Source: Laetmonice hystrix (taxonomy: Eukaryota). Taken from it: 64,000 nucleotides of DNA. Under the pieces are notes generated by a model that saw nothing but the letters and a program-made list of their open reading frames with translations, had not been told where the DNA came from and did not search any database. Location of the stretch: positions 35,776,001 to 35,840,000 of the forward strand of contig OZ249436.1 of the NCBI GenBank assembly GCA_965235115.1. Reading direction: 5' to 3'. Numbering within the stretch: position 1 is the stretch's first letter; each line of letters opens with the position of its first letter. Both the position numbers and the translations under genes were made by a program. Shown here one piece after another: positions 62,601 through 64,000 of this stretch.

Positions 62601-64000
62601 CGGTATATGTGCTGCCATAATAATAGAGGCAATAATGCATCAGTTTAAGGGCTCCATATCCGTTGTCGTCAACTCAGCACTTTCCAACTGACCATCTGCA
62701 TAAATATTTTTAAATGTAAGTCATTGTATGAAACTGGTAAAGCCAGTATTTCTGAATTGATGATTCTTTAGCCAGTAGCCATCTCGTAGTGACCAATCTC
62801 ACTAACCTTATAATACAGTAAGTAAGGAAGATTTATCGCTTGAAATTTGAACAATCCACCCACATCATTTTAAAGGTGGTATACATGTATAAACAAATTG
62901 ACAGTTACTTAAAAGGGTTAGCCATCATTCCAGGATGTTGCATTGATGTTGGTGTTAGAATACGTTACCACAGCGCGATGTGGTAAACAGGAAATGTCGG
63001 TTGGGGGGTATATTAATTTCATACAGTGATATGTATCCATGCCTCCTGGTGACATATATAAATACGTACATATATCCAGCCGGAAGGCAGATCTAGGAAA
63101 TTAAAAGTGCCAACTCGCTGAGTTTAGAGAATTCCGTTTCCATCCCCCAGAGTGCAGGCTTGATGGCCCAGAAACAAACAAGCGACACAGGCGCGATCAA
63201 TAATTGGCTTTCCATTTCAAGGCTTGCTTTAATCAGAATAATATTTTGCGAAACAAGCTTCCCAACAGGACCCAGTGGCCCAGTGGAGGATCTGTGCACA
63301 TACGACGGGTATCCTGTGTTCTTGTAGTATTTGCTGGTTTAATAAGTTTTAACGGTAATAGATATTTATATGCTACGAAGAGTGTTAGCTTGGTCGTTTG
63401 TAGGGTTCCATCTACATCAAGGCTGCAGCAAATTCGTAGTTACCTGGTACCCATTAATTTAATGCATACTTTAGAAAGGGCTGAAGTGTTCCTTGTCTAT
63501 AATTAGAAACGGTGCAAGAATTCTTTCGCTTTTTATCAACTTTATTGGAAAGATTTTTAGTGCTTAGTCTCAAGTATTTTTAGTTGTCTATTGTGTTGGA
63601 AAAGAGTCCAGTATTTTGATAGTTTGTCTAAGTATCAGTAAAGGTCACCAGATTTTCTGTATAATCTACCAGTATATATTAGAAACGGTTCAGATGTTTG
63701 TGGTTGTGCCAGATATCTGTAATGGTTCAAGTGTTGTGTAGTTGCTCCATATTATCCGACAGGTCTGAAGTGTTTGTGGTAGTTCAGATAAGAAAGTGCT
63801 TATTGACCGAGTCAGGCAACATACCGGTATATAGACACCGGTCAACTCCTGTGCTCTACCCATCTTAGTTCACTTTTGTGGACTTGTACCAAGTACAAAG
63901 TTTAGATTAGTATAAAAATGAAATGCAACCTACAGATTGATCACCCTTACGAAACAGCCTTAAAATATGAGAAATAGAGGTTTGCATTGCATTTCTTAAG

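Noticed and set aside
47615..64000. Numerous 60-130 aa ORFs in the right-hand 16 kb
   Set aside because: No recognisable domains or coherent splice and phase structure; consistent with intron sequence.

Overview
Intron-rich eukaryotic (invertebrate metazoan) genomic DNA, not prokaryotic; almost all supplied ORFs are spurious or single exon fragments. Four protein-coding genes were assembled by hand from splice sites and translated motifs. (1) UBAP2/UBAP2L/lingerer-like, minus strand: 12 coding exons from ATG 16244 running off the left edge. (2) A complete 4-exon mitochondrial creatine kinase, plus strand, 25708-28155, 414 aa. (3) A complete UBA6 E1 enzyme with 30 coding exons, minus strand, 31427-45015, 1019 aa. 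(4) The first coding exon of a MAP1/futsch-like gene, plus strand, 47467-47614, head-to-head with UBA6 and followed by a >16 kb intron. Introns carry tRNA-derived SINEs (Deu/Nin-core and V-core) and many non-autonomous TIR elements, most notably CAGG(G)-ended elements with 5-6 bp TSDs. I see no convincing wholly new multi-gene system. The best leads are a triplicated QF/YS.(E/Q)ATESIK..MG exon module in UBAP2, an in-frame AUG-less NLS-bearing N-terminal extension plus a GC-AG intron in UBA6, a perfect 29-bp hairpin, a candidate intronic C/D snoRNA and a candidate divergent first exon. Coordinates were counted by eye and may be off by a few bases.
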